From a bacterium (GTDB taxonomy: Bacteria > Hydrothermota > 32-111), in assembly GCA_050239825.1 (NCBI GenBank), contig JBFXGO010000001.1, positions 3,188-67,187 of the forward strand: a stretch of 64,000 bases of DNA, read 5' to 3'. The translations under genes were made by a program, and so were the position numbers. Below the pieces are notes generated by a model. The model was not told the origin of the DNA, ran no database searches, and saw only the letters and a list, made by a program, of their open reading frames with translations. Below, one piece after another: positions 1 through 9,600 of this stretch (its first letter is position 1; each line of letters opens with the position of its first letter).

Positions 1-525
1 TCAGAGATGGTGAGATTGATTATTGTTGAAGATGTTAAAATAGATATGATAATCTATCCCATTGAAGAGCAAGTGAAATACAAAGAATACACTCTGAAAA
101 TTGACAATCCATTATTTAATAATGTCAATGTCTCAGAAAAGATCAAAAAGGAGGATAATAATTATTTGATTTTAAGTAAAGGAGATACACTCTATTTTTC
201 TGTTCACTCAAAGTCAATTGACAAGAAGGAACAGATCTCATATATCCTTATTACAGATGGATATTATAAGATTACATCGGAACAAAAGGGTATTATGAAG
301 ATGCAGGGTGTTGGAAATATAATAATAAAAGACAATTATATTTTATTGACTGATATGAAAACAGAAATAGACATAGAAATATATGATATTTTAGGAAAGC
401 GAGTTATAAATTCTCCAAAGACAAAAGAATTTATTAATATAAACTCTTTACCCAATGGAATATATTTCCTAAAAGCAAAGACGGAAGAGAAAAGTAGTAT
501 AACTAAATTTGAATTGATTCGATGA
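1..525 (+). CDS. 3' end of a secreted protein with a T9SS (Por) C-terminal sorting domain; 5' part lies outside the window.
   Basis: Reading frame is open from nt 1. The C-terminus ...NINSLPNGIYFLKAKTEEKSSITKFELIR is a typical T9SS CTD beta-sandwich tail. Confidence 0.6.
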   Translation, partial: SEMVRLIIVEDVKIDMIIYPIEEQVKYKEYTLKIDNPLFNNVNVSEKIKKEDNNYLILSKGDTLYFSVHSKSIDKKEQISYILITDGYYKITSEQKGIMKMQGVGNIIIKDNYILLTDMKTEIDIEIYDILGKRVINSPKTKEFININSLPNGIYFLKAKTEEKSSITKFELIR

Positions 526-561
526 AACCAACTAATGAAATAGTGATAAGTAGGAGATAAA

Positions 562-2736
562 ATGAAGAAATTTATAAGTTTAGTATTTTTAGTTTTGTAC
601 TCCGTATTAACTCTCACAGCAGAAAATTATAATGAATTTGATTATTGTAATTCCATGTCAGAGCAAAACATCATGTTTCCTGACAGTCTAAACACATCTC
701 TGGTTGGAAGAGCATTATATGGAAAAACATTAGCTGTTTTTGTGAAAGATACTTTGGCATACACCTCATCTGCCGGAAGCATGTTAGTGTTTAATGTGAA
801 AGACAAAAACAATCCTGTTTTTGTGAGTTTCTTTCAGGAGGCAAATGAAGCATGTAAAATTTGTGTAGAGAATGGGTATGCCTATATAGCTTACGGTTTA
901 TCGGGAATGAAAGTAATAGATGTCTCAAATGCATTTGAACCATCTTTGGTGGGAGAACTAACATCAGGTTCTTCTATGGACATTGCGGTATCAGATTTTT
1001 ATGCTTATATGGCAAACGGAAATGAAGGACTTGTTATAGTTGATATCTCTTTCCCGAATAATCCTACCAAAATAGGAGCTTGCATTACTCCCTCTGATTG
1101 GGCTATGGGAGTGTGCCTCCAAGACACATTCGCATTTTTAGCGAACGAAACAAATGGACTTAGAATAATCAATGTTGCCAATCCCACGACTCCGTTTGAA
1201 GTAGGTTATATTGACTCGATAGGAAATGCTTATAAATTATGTATTGAGGATTCATTTGTATATGTTGCTACTACTGATTCCGGAGTAAAAATCATTAATG
1301 TTTCAAATAAAGCAGCTCCCGCTTTGGTTAGTAACATTTATCTAGCAGAAGGAGCATTTGATGTAGCTAAATTTGATGAATATCTTTATATTGCCGCAGG
1401 TGATGAAGGAATGAAAATATATGATATTTCTGACATTCTGAATCCAATAGAAGCAGGTTCAACAACTATGCCTGATAGAGTAAGATCGGTATTCATATCG
1501 GATTCTTCAGCATTTCTTGCATGCGAAAATGCAGGTCTGAGAATTATCAATGTTTCTGCTCCGACCGCTCCTGTTGAAACCGGATTTTATATAACTCCCG
1601 AGTCATCAATGGATGTCACTTGCAGGGATTCATTGGCTTATGTATCAAACGGTGAAACAGGCATAAGAGTTGTTAATATAGCTGATATGCAGCATCCTTG
1701 TGAAATCGCTTATTGGGACACTCCTGGGTATTCAAACGAAACTTTTATATTGGATTCATTAGCGTATGTAGCTGATGGAACAGAAGGACTCAGGATAATT
1801 AATATTAGCAATTCCGACAGTCTTTGTGAAGTAGGTTTCTTTAATACTTCCGGGTATTCTGAAGGAATTTATGTCTCTGATGGTATAGCTTATGTTGCTG
1901 ACAACGAAGGCATTGCATCAATAAATTTAGAAAATCCGTTTAATCCAACACTTGAAGATTATTTTAACACCTCCGGAATTGCTCGTAAAGTTATTGTATG
2001 TGATTCTTTTGCCTATGTCTCTGACGATTCAAACGGACTTAGGATAATAAATATTTCTAATCCATCAGCACTTTTTGAAGTGGGTTATTTTGAAACTGAT
2101 GATGTAGTAAATAATATATTTATACAAGAAACATTAGCTTATATTGCCGAAGGTATTAATGGATTAAGAATACTTAATATAAAAAACCCAAACAGTCCAA
2201 TTGAAGTAAGTTGTTTTGATACTTACGAAAGGAATGTTAATGATGTAAAAGTTTATAATAATTATGCATATATAGCGGGAGGTTACTGCGGCTTCACAGT
2301 TGTTGATGTTACAAATCCTTTTACTCCTATTGAAGTAGGATATTATTCGGTATTGTGGGAACCTAACGGAATTACCCTTTCTAGTGATGCAGTTCTTTTA
2401 ACGAACCGGCCTCGTGGACTTTATGTTTTTGATTACTACGGACCAAACGGTATAGATAATAGCGGACTGAGAAACAAAAAAACAAACTGTACCTGCTATT
2501 CAATTCAGTATCAAGCAAACTGCATAAGTATCAATTTCCATTCTGAGAATAATAATTCCTATGAATTGAGTCTTTATGACAAAGCAGGTAGAAAACTGAA
2601 AGAATTTGTTAACGGCAGTGGACAATGTGACAAATTAATCGTTATTGAGAAGAGATATTATTCTGCAGGAGAATACTTCATAAAGGGTAAAATCGGCGAG
2701 AATGAAGTTAAAAGCAAAATACTTATATTGAAGTAG
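562..2736 (+). CDS. LVIVD-repeat beta-propeller surface protein with signal peptide and T9SS C-terminal domain.
   Basis: RBS GGAG precedes the ATG. N-terminal signal peptide MKKFISLVFLVLYSVLTLTA. At least nine ~42-aa repeats of the form G(L/V/M)(R/K)I(I/V)(D/N)(I/V)SNPxxPxEVG (LVIVD family). C-terminus ...YELSLYDKAGRKLKEF...KSKILILK is CTD-like. Confidence 0.8.
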   Translation: MKKFISLVFLVLYSVLTLTAENYNEFDYCNSMSEQNIMFPDSLNTSLVGRALYGKTLAVFVKDTLAYTSSAGSMLVFNVKDKNNPVFVSFFQEANEACKICVENGYAYIAYGLSGMKVIDVSNAFEPSLVGELTSGSSMDIAVSDFYAYMANGNEGLVIVDISFPNNPTKIGACITPSDWAMGVCLQDTFAFLANETNGLRIINVANPTTPFEVGYIDSIGNAYKLCIEDSFVYVATTDSGVKIINVSNKAAPALVSNIYLAEGAFDVAKFDEYLYIAAGDEGMKIYDISDILNPIEAGSTTMPDRVRSVFISDSSAFLACENAGLRIINVSAPTAPVETGFYITPESSMDVTCRDSLAYVSNGETGIRVVNIADMQHPCEIAYWDTPGYSNETFILDSLAYVADGTEGLRIINISNSDSLCEVGFFNTSGYSEGIYVSDGIAYVADNEGIASINLENPFNPTLEDYFNTSGIARKVIVCDSFAYVSDDSNGLRIINISNPSALFEVGYFETDDVVNNIFIQETLAYIAEGINGLRILNIKNPNSPIEVSCFDTYERNVNDVKVYNNYAYIAGGYCGFTVVDVTNPFTPIEVGYYSVLWEPNGITLSSDAVLLTNRPRGLYVFDYYGPNGIDNSGLRNKKTNCTCYSIQYQANCISINFHSENNNSYELSLYDKAGRKLKEFVNGSGQCDKLIVIEKRYYSAGEYFIKGKIGENEVKSKILILK

Positions 2737-3116
2737 CGGAAACGATTCCCGTGACATTGCATTTTCTTATGAAGCCATGGGTGAAGCAGATATTTTTGTT
2801 CTCCGAGGTCATCAATTGCATAATAGATGTCATTGTATGACCAAATTGTATTACCGAGAGAATCTGTGGAATTTTTGCAGAGAACCAGCAAACTGTCTCC
2901 CCAGTAGCTTTCTATTTTGCCGTCGTACCAATAGTCGACATATGCGACATTGTTATAAGAGGCAGAATTTATGTTTGCGACTTTGTAAACCCACCTTTGA
3001 TGTTCGAGAGGGGGAAATATCTCTTTTCCGGCGCTTTCCGCAAAGGGATTGAATGGTCCTGAGCAGGAAGTCATAAAAAGAATCGGCAGAATGAAAAACA
3101 CAAAGAATCTTTTCAT
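2658..3116 (-). CDS. Hypothetical lipoprotein.
   Basis: AAGGAG RBS 5 nt upstream of the ATG on the minus strand. Signal peptide with lipobox-like FMTSC. The 3' end overlaps the convergent LVIVD gene by 79 nt. Confidence 0.5.
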   Translation of the reverse strand: MKRFFVFFILPILFMTSCSGPFNPFAESAGKEIFPPLEHQRWVYKVANINSASYNNVAYVDYWYDGKIESYWGDSLLVLCKNSTDSLGNTIWSYNDIYYAIDDLGEQKYLLHPWLHKKMQCHGNRFRYFNISILLLTSFSPILPFMKYSPAE

Positions 3117-3207
3117 TCACACTCCTTTTTGCTATTTTACTTTCTAAAATCTACAATTTAATTTATTTTATTGATTGAAAAGTATTTTTAAGTGTAAAGT
3201 AAGCATA

Positions 3208-3236
3208 TTGACTTATTCATAAAAATCTTTAATATA
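3208..3236 (+). promoter_or_regulatory. Sigma70-like promoter for the TPR gene: TTGACT-N17-AATATA.
   Basis: -35 TTGACT at 3208-3213 and an A/T-rich -10 at 3231-3236, about 20 nt upstream of RBS AAGGAGG (3244-3250). Confidence 0.35.
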
Positions 3237-3254
3237 TGAAAAAAAGGAGGAGTT

Positions 3255-4250
3255 ATGAAAAAAATCTCTCTGAAGTCAATGATTGTTCTGATTCTATCAA
3301 TGTCATTTTTATTCTGCTTTGCAGATAAATGGCAGGATGACTATGATGAAGCAGACGGACTCTATTGGGACGGATACTATAAGGAGGCAAAGGAAAAGGC
3401 CGAAGAACTGATAGATTTTTCAAAAGATGAATTTGGAGTAAACTCGCCGGAGATGGGGCATGCCTACAATATTCTGGGGCTCATAAACAACAAACTTGGA
3501 AATACAACTCTTGCAGAGGAAAACTTTAGAAACGGAATAACTTCATTTGAAAAGGCCGGTTCAAAGGAGAAGAAAAATGTTGCAATATTGAAGGGAAATC
3601 TTGGAGACCTTCTTTACCAGAATTTTTATGATGAGGAGGCGCAGGAGTATCTTGAGGATGCCATAAAAATGCTTGAAGAACTGAATGACAAAGGTGATTA
3701 CAACGGCAATCTTGAAGTGCCTTACTATGACCTATATTCAATTTATTATGGCGGAGAGTACTATACGAAAGCCGCTTCGATGCTTAAAAAACTGATTGAA
3801 ATAGAGAAGGCGAACTACGGAAAATCAGACACTCTTGTGGGAATAGACCTGAAGAATCTCGGCTGGGTTTATGTAAAATCCGGAGATTACAGCGAAGCAG
3901 AAAGTTATATGAAACAGTCTTTGGAGGTTCTCGAAAAGAACGGCGGAGTTGATAAAGGTCAGCTGGGGCTTGCTTACAATGATTTCGGAGTGCTTTATGA
4001 CTATAAGGAAGATTACAGTAAAGCCATCACATACTATAAGAAGGCGGCTGATGTTTTCAAGAATTCCGGAAATGACAAGGAGCTGGGAAATACATACAAT
4101 AATCTCGGATTGGCACACGAGAAGCTCGGAGAGTTTTCATCTGCTGGAAGTTACTATGAAAAGGCCTATTATCTCTATAAGGATGTTTACGGAGAGGACG
4201 ATGAAAATACGATAGAAGTTAAGGCGAACTGGGACGCCGTAAAACAGTAA
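3255..4250 (+). CDS. Secreted tetratricopeptide (TPR) repeat protein.
   Basis: Signal peptide. Repeated 34-aa TPR-like units (AYNILGLINNKLGN..., GNLGDLLYQ..., AYNDFGVLYDYKEDYSKAITYYKKA, YNNLGLAHEKLGEFSSAGSYYEKA). Confidence 0.7.
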   Translation: MKKISLKSMIVLILSMSFLFCFADKWQDDYDEADGLYWDGYYKEAKEKAEELIDFSKDEFGVNSPEMGHAYNILGLINNKLGNTTLAEENFRNGITSFEKAGSKEKKNVAILKGNLGDLLYQNFYDEEAQEYLEDAIKMLEELNDKGDYNGNLEVPYYDLYSIYYGGEYYTKAASMLKKLIEIEKANYGKSDTLVGIDLKNLGWVYVKSGDYSEAESYMKQSLEVLEKNGGVDKGQLGLAYNDFGVLYDYKEDYSKAITYYKKAADVFKNSGNDKELGNTYNNLGLAHEKLGEFSSAGSYYEKAYYLYKDVYGEDDENTIEVKANWDAVKQ

Positions 4251-4265
4251 GCCGGTACGCTAACA

Positions 4266-4996
4266 GTGTCACCCTGAACGCCTCTGTGGTTATGACTATC
4301 GTGAAGGGTCTATCAGTTTATTGATAATTGAAGATTGAGCTGGGGCTACTGGCGGGCGTAGCGTCGGCTCGCACACTCCGCTTCGTCGCTTAATCAAGAT
4401 GGGATGTTGTGGGGACACACCGTAGGAATGTCCCCAAACCACTTGATGGGCGTCTGCGCGTAGCGTCCTCGCCGACTTGTAGCTTACGAGTATCAATATT
4501 TGTTATGGGGACACACCGAAGGAATGTCCCCAAATCTTCACAAACCATTGGCGCGGGTGTAATGGACGCGAGCGTCCATGATAGAAAAGAACGGGTTGCA
4601 CCAGAAGTTTTAGAAGATTAATGTAAAGACAAAATATTAATCAGCTCCCCGTATTTTGCTCATGGCACATGGCACACGGCTCAAGGCTGACTTGGTGGCT
4701 ACACGCAGGCATAGCGTCGGCTCGCACACTCCGCTTCGTCGCTTAATCAAGATGGGATAGCGGAGCAAGGGGAGAACCACTTGATGGGCGTCTGCGCGGA
4801 GCGTCCTCGCCGACTTTGAGCTTTCACTTTCAATAAGAATTGACTTGCTTGTCCTCGGAAAAACATTGAATAGCAGTGCGGAGATGCACTGGAATTTTTC
4901 CTCGGAACTGTAAAGGCAAGTTATTTAATCAGCTCCGCGTATTTTGCTCAAGGCTCATGGCTCAAGGCTGACTTGGTAGCTACCGGCGGGTATGCC
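4266..4996. repeat. Cluster A of a modular structured intergenic repeat family. It holds two 'core' units plus accessory modules and is non-coding.
   Basis: Core starts at about 4354 and 4709 (gggcgtagcgtcggctcgcacactccgcttcgtcgcttaatcaagatggga ... ccacttgatgggcgtctgcgcgKagcgtcctcgccgac). Hairpins GGGGACACACCGWAGGAATGTCCCC at 4411-4435 and 4507-4531. Module ggtgtaatggacgcgagcgtccatgatag...gggttgcaccagaag at about 4555-4620. The same modules recur at 21.4-22.4 kb. Confidence 0.85.
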
Positions 4997-5040
4997 CTTC
5001 CCCTTGACATAATTAACATTAATATATATATTTATTACTT

Positions 5041-5418
5041 ATGGATAAAAAAATAATGAAGACACTCAAATCTCATGCAAAGAACAGCTACTCTCCATAC
5101 TCGAAATACAAGGTTGTAGCATTGCTCTTTGCAGAGAGCGGAAACGCATACATCGGAGTCAATGTGGAAAATGCCTCCTACTCTCTGACAATGTGCGCGG
5201 AGAGGAGCGCTCTTTTCACCGCTGTTTCAAATGGTGAAAGGAAATTCGAAGGGATAATAATCTATTCCCCTTCAAAGACTCTGCCATATCCCTGCGGGGC
5301 ATGTCTTCAGGCTCTGAGCGAATTCGCAGGAAAAGACTTCATGGTGACTGTGACAAACGGGAAGGTAGAGAAGAGCGGAAAGTTTAATGAGTTTTTTCCG
5401 CACTCATTTAAATTATGA
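5041..5418 (+). CDS. cdd: Cytidine deaminase.
   Basis: Zinc-binding motifs CAERSA and PCGACLQ. Length 125 aa is typical of homotetrameric CDA. Confidence 0.9.
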   Translation: MDKKIMKTLKSHAKNSYSPYSKYKVVALLFAESGNAYIGVNVENASYSLTMCAERSALFTAVSNGERKFEGIIIYSPSKTLPYPCGACLQALSEFAGKDFMVTVTNGKVEKSGKFNEFFPHSFKL

Positions 5419-6512
5419 ATAAGTCATTTTTGATTGTTGCTACAGTTTTTCTGTTATCTTCTTGCGCGAAGAGACCTGTTTCAGAGACAGATCATTTAAG
5501 AGATACGCCGCCAGACATCGGAAGGATAAAAACATTTTTTGAGTCATCCTATGAGTTCAAAATAGAGGCAAAAAAGAACCTTCTTACATTCAAAGAGAGC
5601 GGCTATAGGGATATACTCGGCGGAGTCTCGGTAAAGGGATCAATGGAAATCGGAGGTGGGGACAAACTCGAGTATGACCACCTTTATGACAATGTAAACT
5701 GGTACAAAAGGAAGACTCTTGAAAAGGAGCTGTACAATCAGCCGATTGACCCTCTGAATATTATAGAGAATTTCATAATCGGGGATTTGAAGCTTGTGTC
5801 TGAGGGAAAAGGAAAGTATCTGTATGAAACTGAAATAAATGTGGCTATAGCAGACCCTTTGAATTATTCATCAAAAGGATATTTGAAAACAAACGAAAGC
5901 GTTGACTGGATTCAGATGGGAGCAGAGAGCGGTGAGCTTGAATATACCATTGAACTTAAAAAGAAAAATTTTAAGCCGATAAGCATCCCCCAAGAGACAA
6001 AAATAAAGTGCACGGCTGAAGGAAGCAAGGGCGACCTTAAGAGAATGGAAATAAGGCTTGAGGAGTCAAACACCGGAAGAATGAAGAATGGAATAGCGGA
6101 ATTTTTCTTTGACGAATACAGCACATTCGAGCAATTCCTTCAGGAGGATTCATTGAAGATTTACTCTTATGAATATATTGACCCTTCGGTGGAGGGTGCG
6201 GATATTGCATTCATTCAGGGAGATGTGAGAAACACTGTTAAAAAGAAAGAGAAGCTTTTATCCCTGAAAACTGAGGTTAGTGAAGTCTTCTCTGAAGGAA
6301 GAACCTACGAAGTTGTTTTCAAAAACATTATCATGGACGATTATGAAAAAATCATATTCTGCGCAGGTAGCCTCGCCTTTCCCGCTTATTACGAACCCAA
6401 AACAAAAGAACTGAGAATAAGCGGACTTAAAGAGCGGGAGATGCTTCTTATGATATCTTTAGGAGAGACTCCATACTTGGATGGTAAAATCACACTTAAC
6501 AAGGAGGAATAG
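5415..6512 (+). CDS. Hypothetical lipoprotein.
   Basis: Signal peptide with lipobox LLSSC. The start overlaps the cdd stop (ATGA). Confidence 0.5.
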   Translation: MNKSFLIVATVFLLSSCAKRPVSETDHLRDTPPDIGRIKTFFESSYEFKIEAKKNLLTFKESGYRDILGGVSVKGSMEIGGGDKLEYDHLYDNVNWYKRKTLEKELYNQPIDPLNIIENFIIGDLKLVSEGKGKYLYETEINVAIADPLNYSSKGYLKTNESVDWIQMGAESGELEYTIELKKKNFKPISIPQETKIKCTAEGSKGDLKRMEIRLEESNTGRMKNGIAEFFFDEYSTFEQFLQEDSLKIYSYEYIDPSVEGADIAFIQGDVRNTVKKKEKLLSLKTEVSEVFSEGRTYEVVFKNIIMDDYEKIIFCAGSLAFPAYYEPKTKELRISGLKEREMLLMISLGETPYLDGKITLNKEE

Positions 6513-6685
6513 TGCTTGATAAAAAACTCCTGGACATACTTGCATGTCCGAAGTGCAAGGGCGACCTTGATTATGACGCTGAGAAAGATATTCTCATATG
6601 CAGGAAAGATAAGATATACTTTGAAGTGAAAAACAACATCCCGATTCTCCTTTTAGACAAAGCAAAGAAGATTAATGAAGTTTAA
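6512..6685 (+). CDS. Trm112-like / UPF0434 (YcaR) family small zinc-ribbon protein (57 aa). It has a GTG start and is not in the ORF track.
   Basis: Translation VLDKKLLDILACPKCKGDLDYDAEKDILICRKDKIYFEVKNNIPILLLDKAKKINEV matches the family signature LLxILxCPxCKGxLxY...IP(I/V)LL. RBS AGGAGG precedes it. The start overlaps the upstream stop and the 3' end overlaps the next ATG. Confidence 0.6.
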   Translation: MLDKKLLDILACPKCKGDLDYDAEKDILICRKDKIYFEVKNNIPILLLDKAKKINEV

Positions 6686-9600
6686 AGCACTGCTTTTCTC
6701 TCTTTCTTTTATTGCCATTGCTCTGTTTTCTGCGGAGAATATTACAGTCTCTACAAAGGGTCTGAAGATAGAGTATTCGCCGGTTTATGTAAATAACAGG
6801 CTCACAGACTGCGCGATTGAAAAGAATGTTTTAATCAAGTATCTCTATATTAATGTTCCCGAAGGGGCAGTGAGGGTTCATGTGGGTGATGCAGAATGGA
6901 AGAGAAATGAAGGGGAGTCCGACAGGAAGATTGTTTCGAAACTATATGACCTGCAGTATGAGTATGCCGGAAGACAGAGAATTTTAAGAATAGCCCTTTA
7001 TCCTGCCAGAAAACAGGGGAGTGACACATATACCCTTAAAAGAGTATTTATAGAGGTTGATTTTGAAAAAGCGCTCTCTAAGAGCGGAAAAGATAACCCA
7101 CTCTTTGCGTCAAGCCTCAACAGAGAGTTTGTATCAAAGGGATTTATGTCGGAGAGGTCGGACAGAATTCCTTTCATGTCTTATCTTGATTTGAAAGTTA
7201 AGGATAGCGGCATCTACAGAGTAGATTATAAAACAATTAAAGATGCGGGGATTGACCCGCAGAATTTGTCGGTGGGGAATTTTGGTCTTTACACTCAAAA
7301 AAATGTCATGCTTCCAATAGATACTGCTGAATTTTTAAGTTATCTGAACCCGCCGAAAACACCCTATTTATTTGTGGGGGATGATGATGATGATTTTGAA
7401 GATGGTGAGTATATTCTCTTTTATGGTGAGTCCCCAAATGGAGATTCCATTAATTTCTACATGAATTACGACATTTACAACAATCCATTTTCCGATTACA
7501 GGCATTATATGCTGGTATTCAATGATAAAAATCCGATTAAAGCCAACAATCTCGTTTTCTCCTTTGAGAAAGATGAGCATCGAATATTCAATGAAAAAGT
7601 GATGCACTATGATTCCATAAATCCTCTTCTTTCCGGATACGGTTGGGTGTGGAAAAAATTCTCTTTGGTTAAAGATTCAGGCGACTTTGAATATGAGTTT
7701 GATTTTGAAACTCCGGACTTTGCAGGCGAATCATGCACCATCTCCCTCTCATTCTTTTTCCCGAATGGAGGAGACACTTCTACAGTTGAAGTAAAGATGA
7801 ATGATTCTTTTCTTGGAACAATCGAGTATGGAACGGAGATGAGATACACCCCCGCCGTATTTTCTTTTTCTTCAAATAATCTGGCAGCAAACAACAAAGT
7901 TATTCTCACTGCAAAGAATATTGACAACCTTACAAAATCATTCTATCTCTCGGAATTCAGGGTAAAGTATGAAGCAGACACAGACAATCCTGATGACATA
8001 GTCATTAAGAATGCTTCATTCAGATACCTTAATTTAAATCCGACGAGTGATATATACTGTTTTGTAAAGAATGGCGGCAACTACTATCTCGGCGGCATTG
8101 CCGCAGGAGAAAACATATCCTTGGACATTTTAAGCGGTGAATTCGCCTTTCTGACAAATGAAATCAAAAAACCTGAAAATGCAAGATGGGTTGACAACTC
8201 AAAAATATATGCGGATATAGAGGGATGCGATATACTGATTATTGCAGGCGACAATTTCCGGGAGGCGGTTATTCCCTATACGCAGTACAGGAAAAGTCAA
8301 GGTTATATAGTCAAGACGTTTGAAATAGGCAGAATAGCGGATGCTTTCGGTTTCGGAGTCTCATCTCCATCCGCTGTAAAGGCTTTTCTTGAATACGGAT
8401 TCAGGGAATGGAAAAACTTCCCGGAGTATCTTATTCTACTCGGCTCCGGTTCATACGACTTCAAGAACAGACAGAACATTCATGAAAACCGCAATGTTGT
8501 TCCTGTCTATGAAACCGGTTACGGAATCTTTGAAGAGGCTCTTTTAAGCGCCTCCACGACATGGTGTGTCGACAGATGGTATGCCCTGCTGACAGGCGAA
8601 GACCAGTATATAGATATTATTCCCGGAAGAATAACCGCAATGAACAGAGAGGAAGCATTTGATGCTCTGCTCAAGGTTATTGATTATGAGACAAAGACGC
8701 CGACATTCATGAAGAACAAAATGATGGTCATTTCCGACGATGAATACGGAGGAAGGATCAGCGAAACATTCAATGAGACAGGTTTTTTTGTCGACGCAGA
8801 GGACCTTTCAGGCCTTCTTGAGAGCAGATTCCCAGTGAGGAAGCTTTATTTAATGGATTACATCGGAAGTCTGCAGGGTGACGAAGAGCATTGGCCTTAT
8901 AATCCGGGTTATAAAAGAGATGTCCGCTTTGTCATCAGAGACTATCTCAATGAAGGAATTGCCTACGGTTTCTTTTACGGACACGGGTCTTACTATACAT
9001 TGACTCACGAACACATTCTCCTATATCCGGATGACATTGAACTATTAGACAATACCAACAGGTATCCGATATTTTTATTCGGCACCTGTCAGGTCGGCCA
9101 GTTCGACAATGATTTCGGAGCAATAGGGGCGGAGTTCCAAAAACTTCCGAAGTCGGGATTTTCTGCAGTAATTGCATCTACAAGGGCGATATTCGAATAT
9201 GAAAGCGTCAGCATACTTTATAACTCATTTGCCTCAAATCTGATTGCCGGAGGCTTCAATACGATTGGCGAATATTACCTTTCAATGATAAATGACGGCA
9301 GATACTTCAGCACAAGCCATGTGCTTTTCGGAGACCCTTCCATGAGAGTCAAAAAGCACCTCTTTGATGTTTCTGTTCTTACGGAAGACACTTTGATGCT
9401 CGGGGCTTTAAACGACATAGGATACGATGCGGAATTCGATTTCATCGGACCAATGTCCGTCGATTTATACCAGCCTTTTTACACAGACTCGCACGATTAC
9501 CTCCATATTCTGCCTTATGCTTACCTCTACTATGTTAAATCAGACGGTGTGATGAGCAGAACAGAGACGAAGATCGATTCAAACACATTATCAGTCTATC

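Noticed and set aside
2777-3052. ORF 2777..3052 (+), 91 aa, Cys/Arg-rich
   Set aside because: It lies entirely within the better-supported minus-strand lipoprotein gene (RBS, signal peptide).
4296-4621. ORFs 4296..4496 (-) and 4409..4621 (+) inside repeat cluster A
   Set aside because: Their peptides (GTHRRNVPKPLDGRLR...) recur only because the DNA repeat recurs. They have no RBS and cross module boundaries. The same pseudo-peptide appears in ORF 21923..22243 within cluster B.
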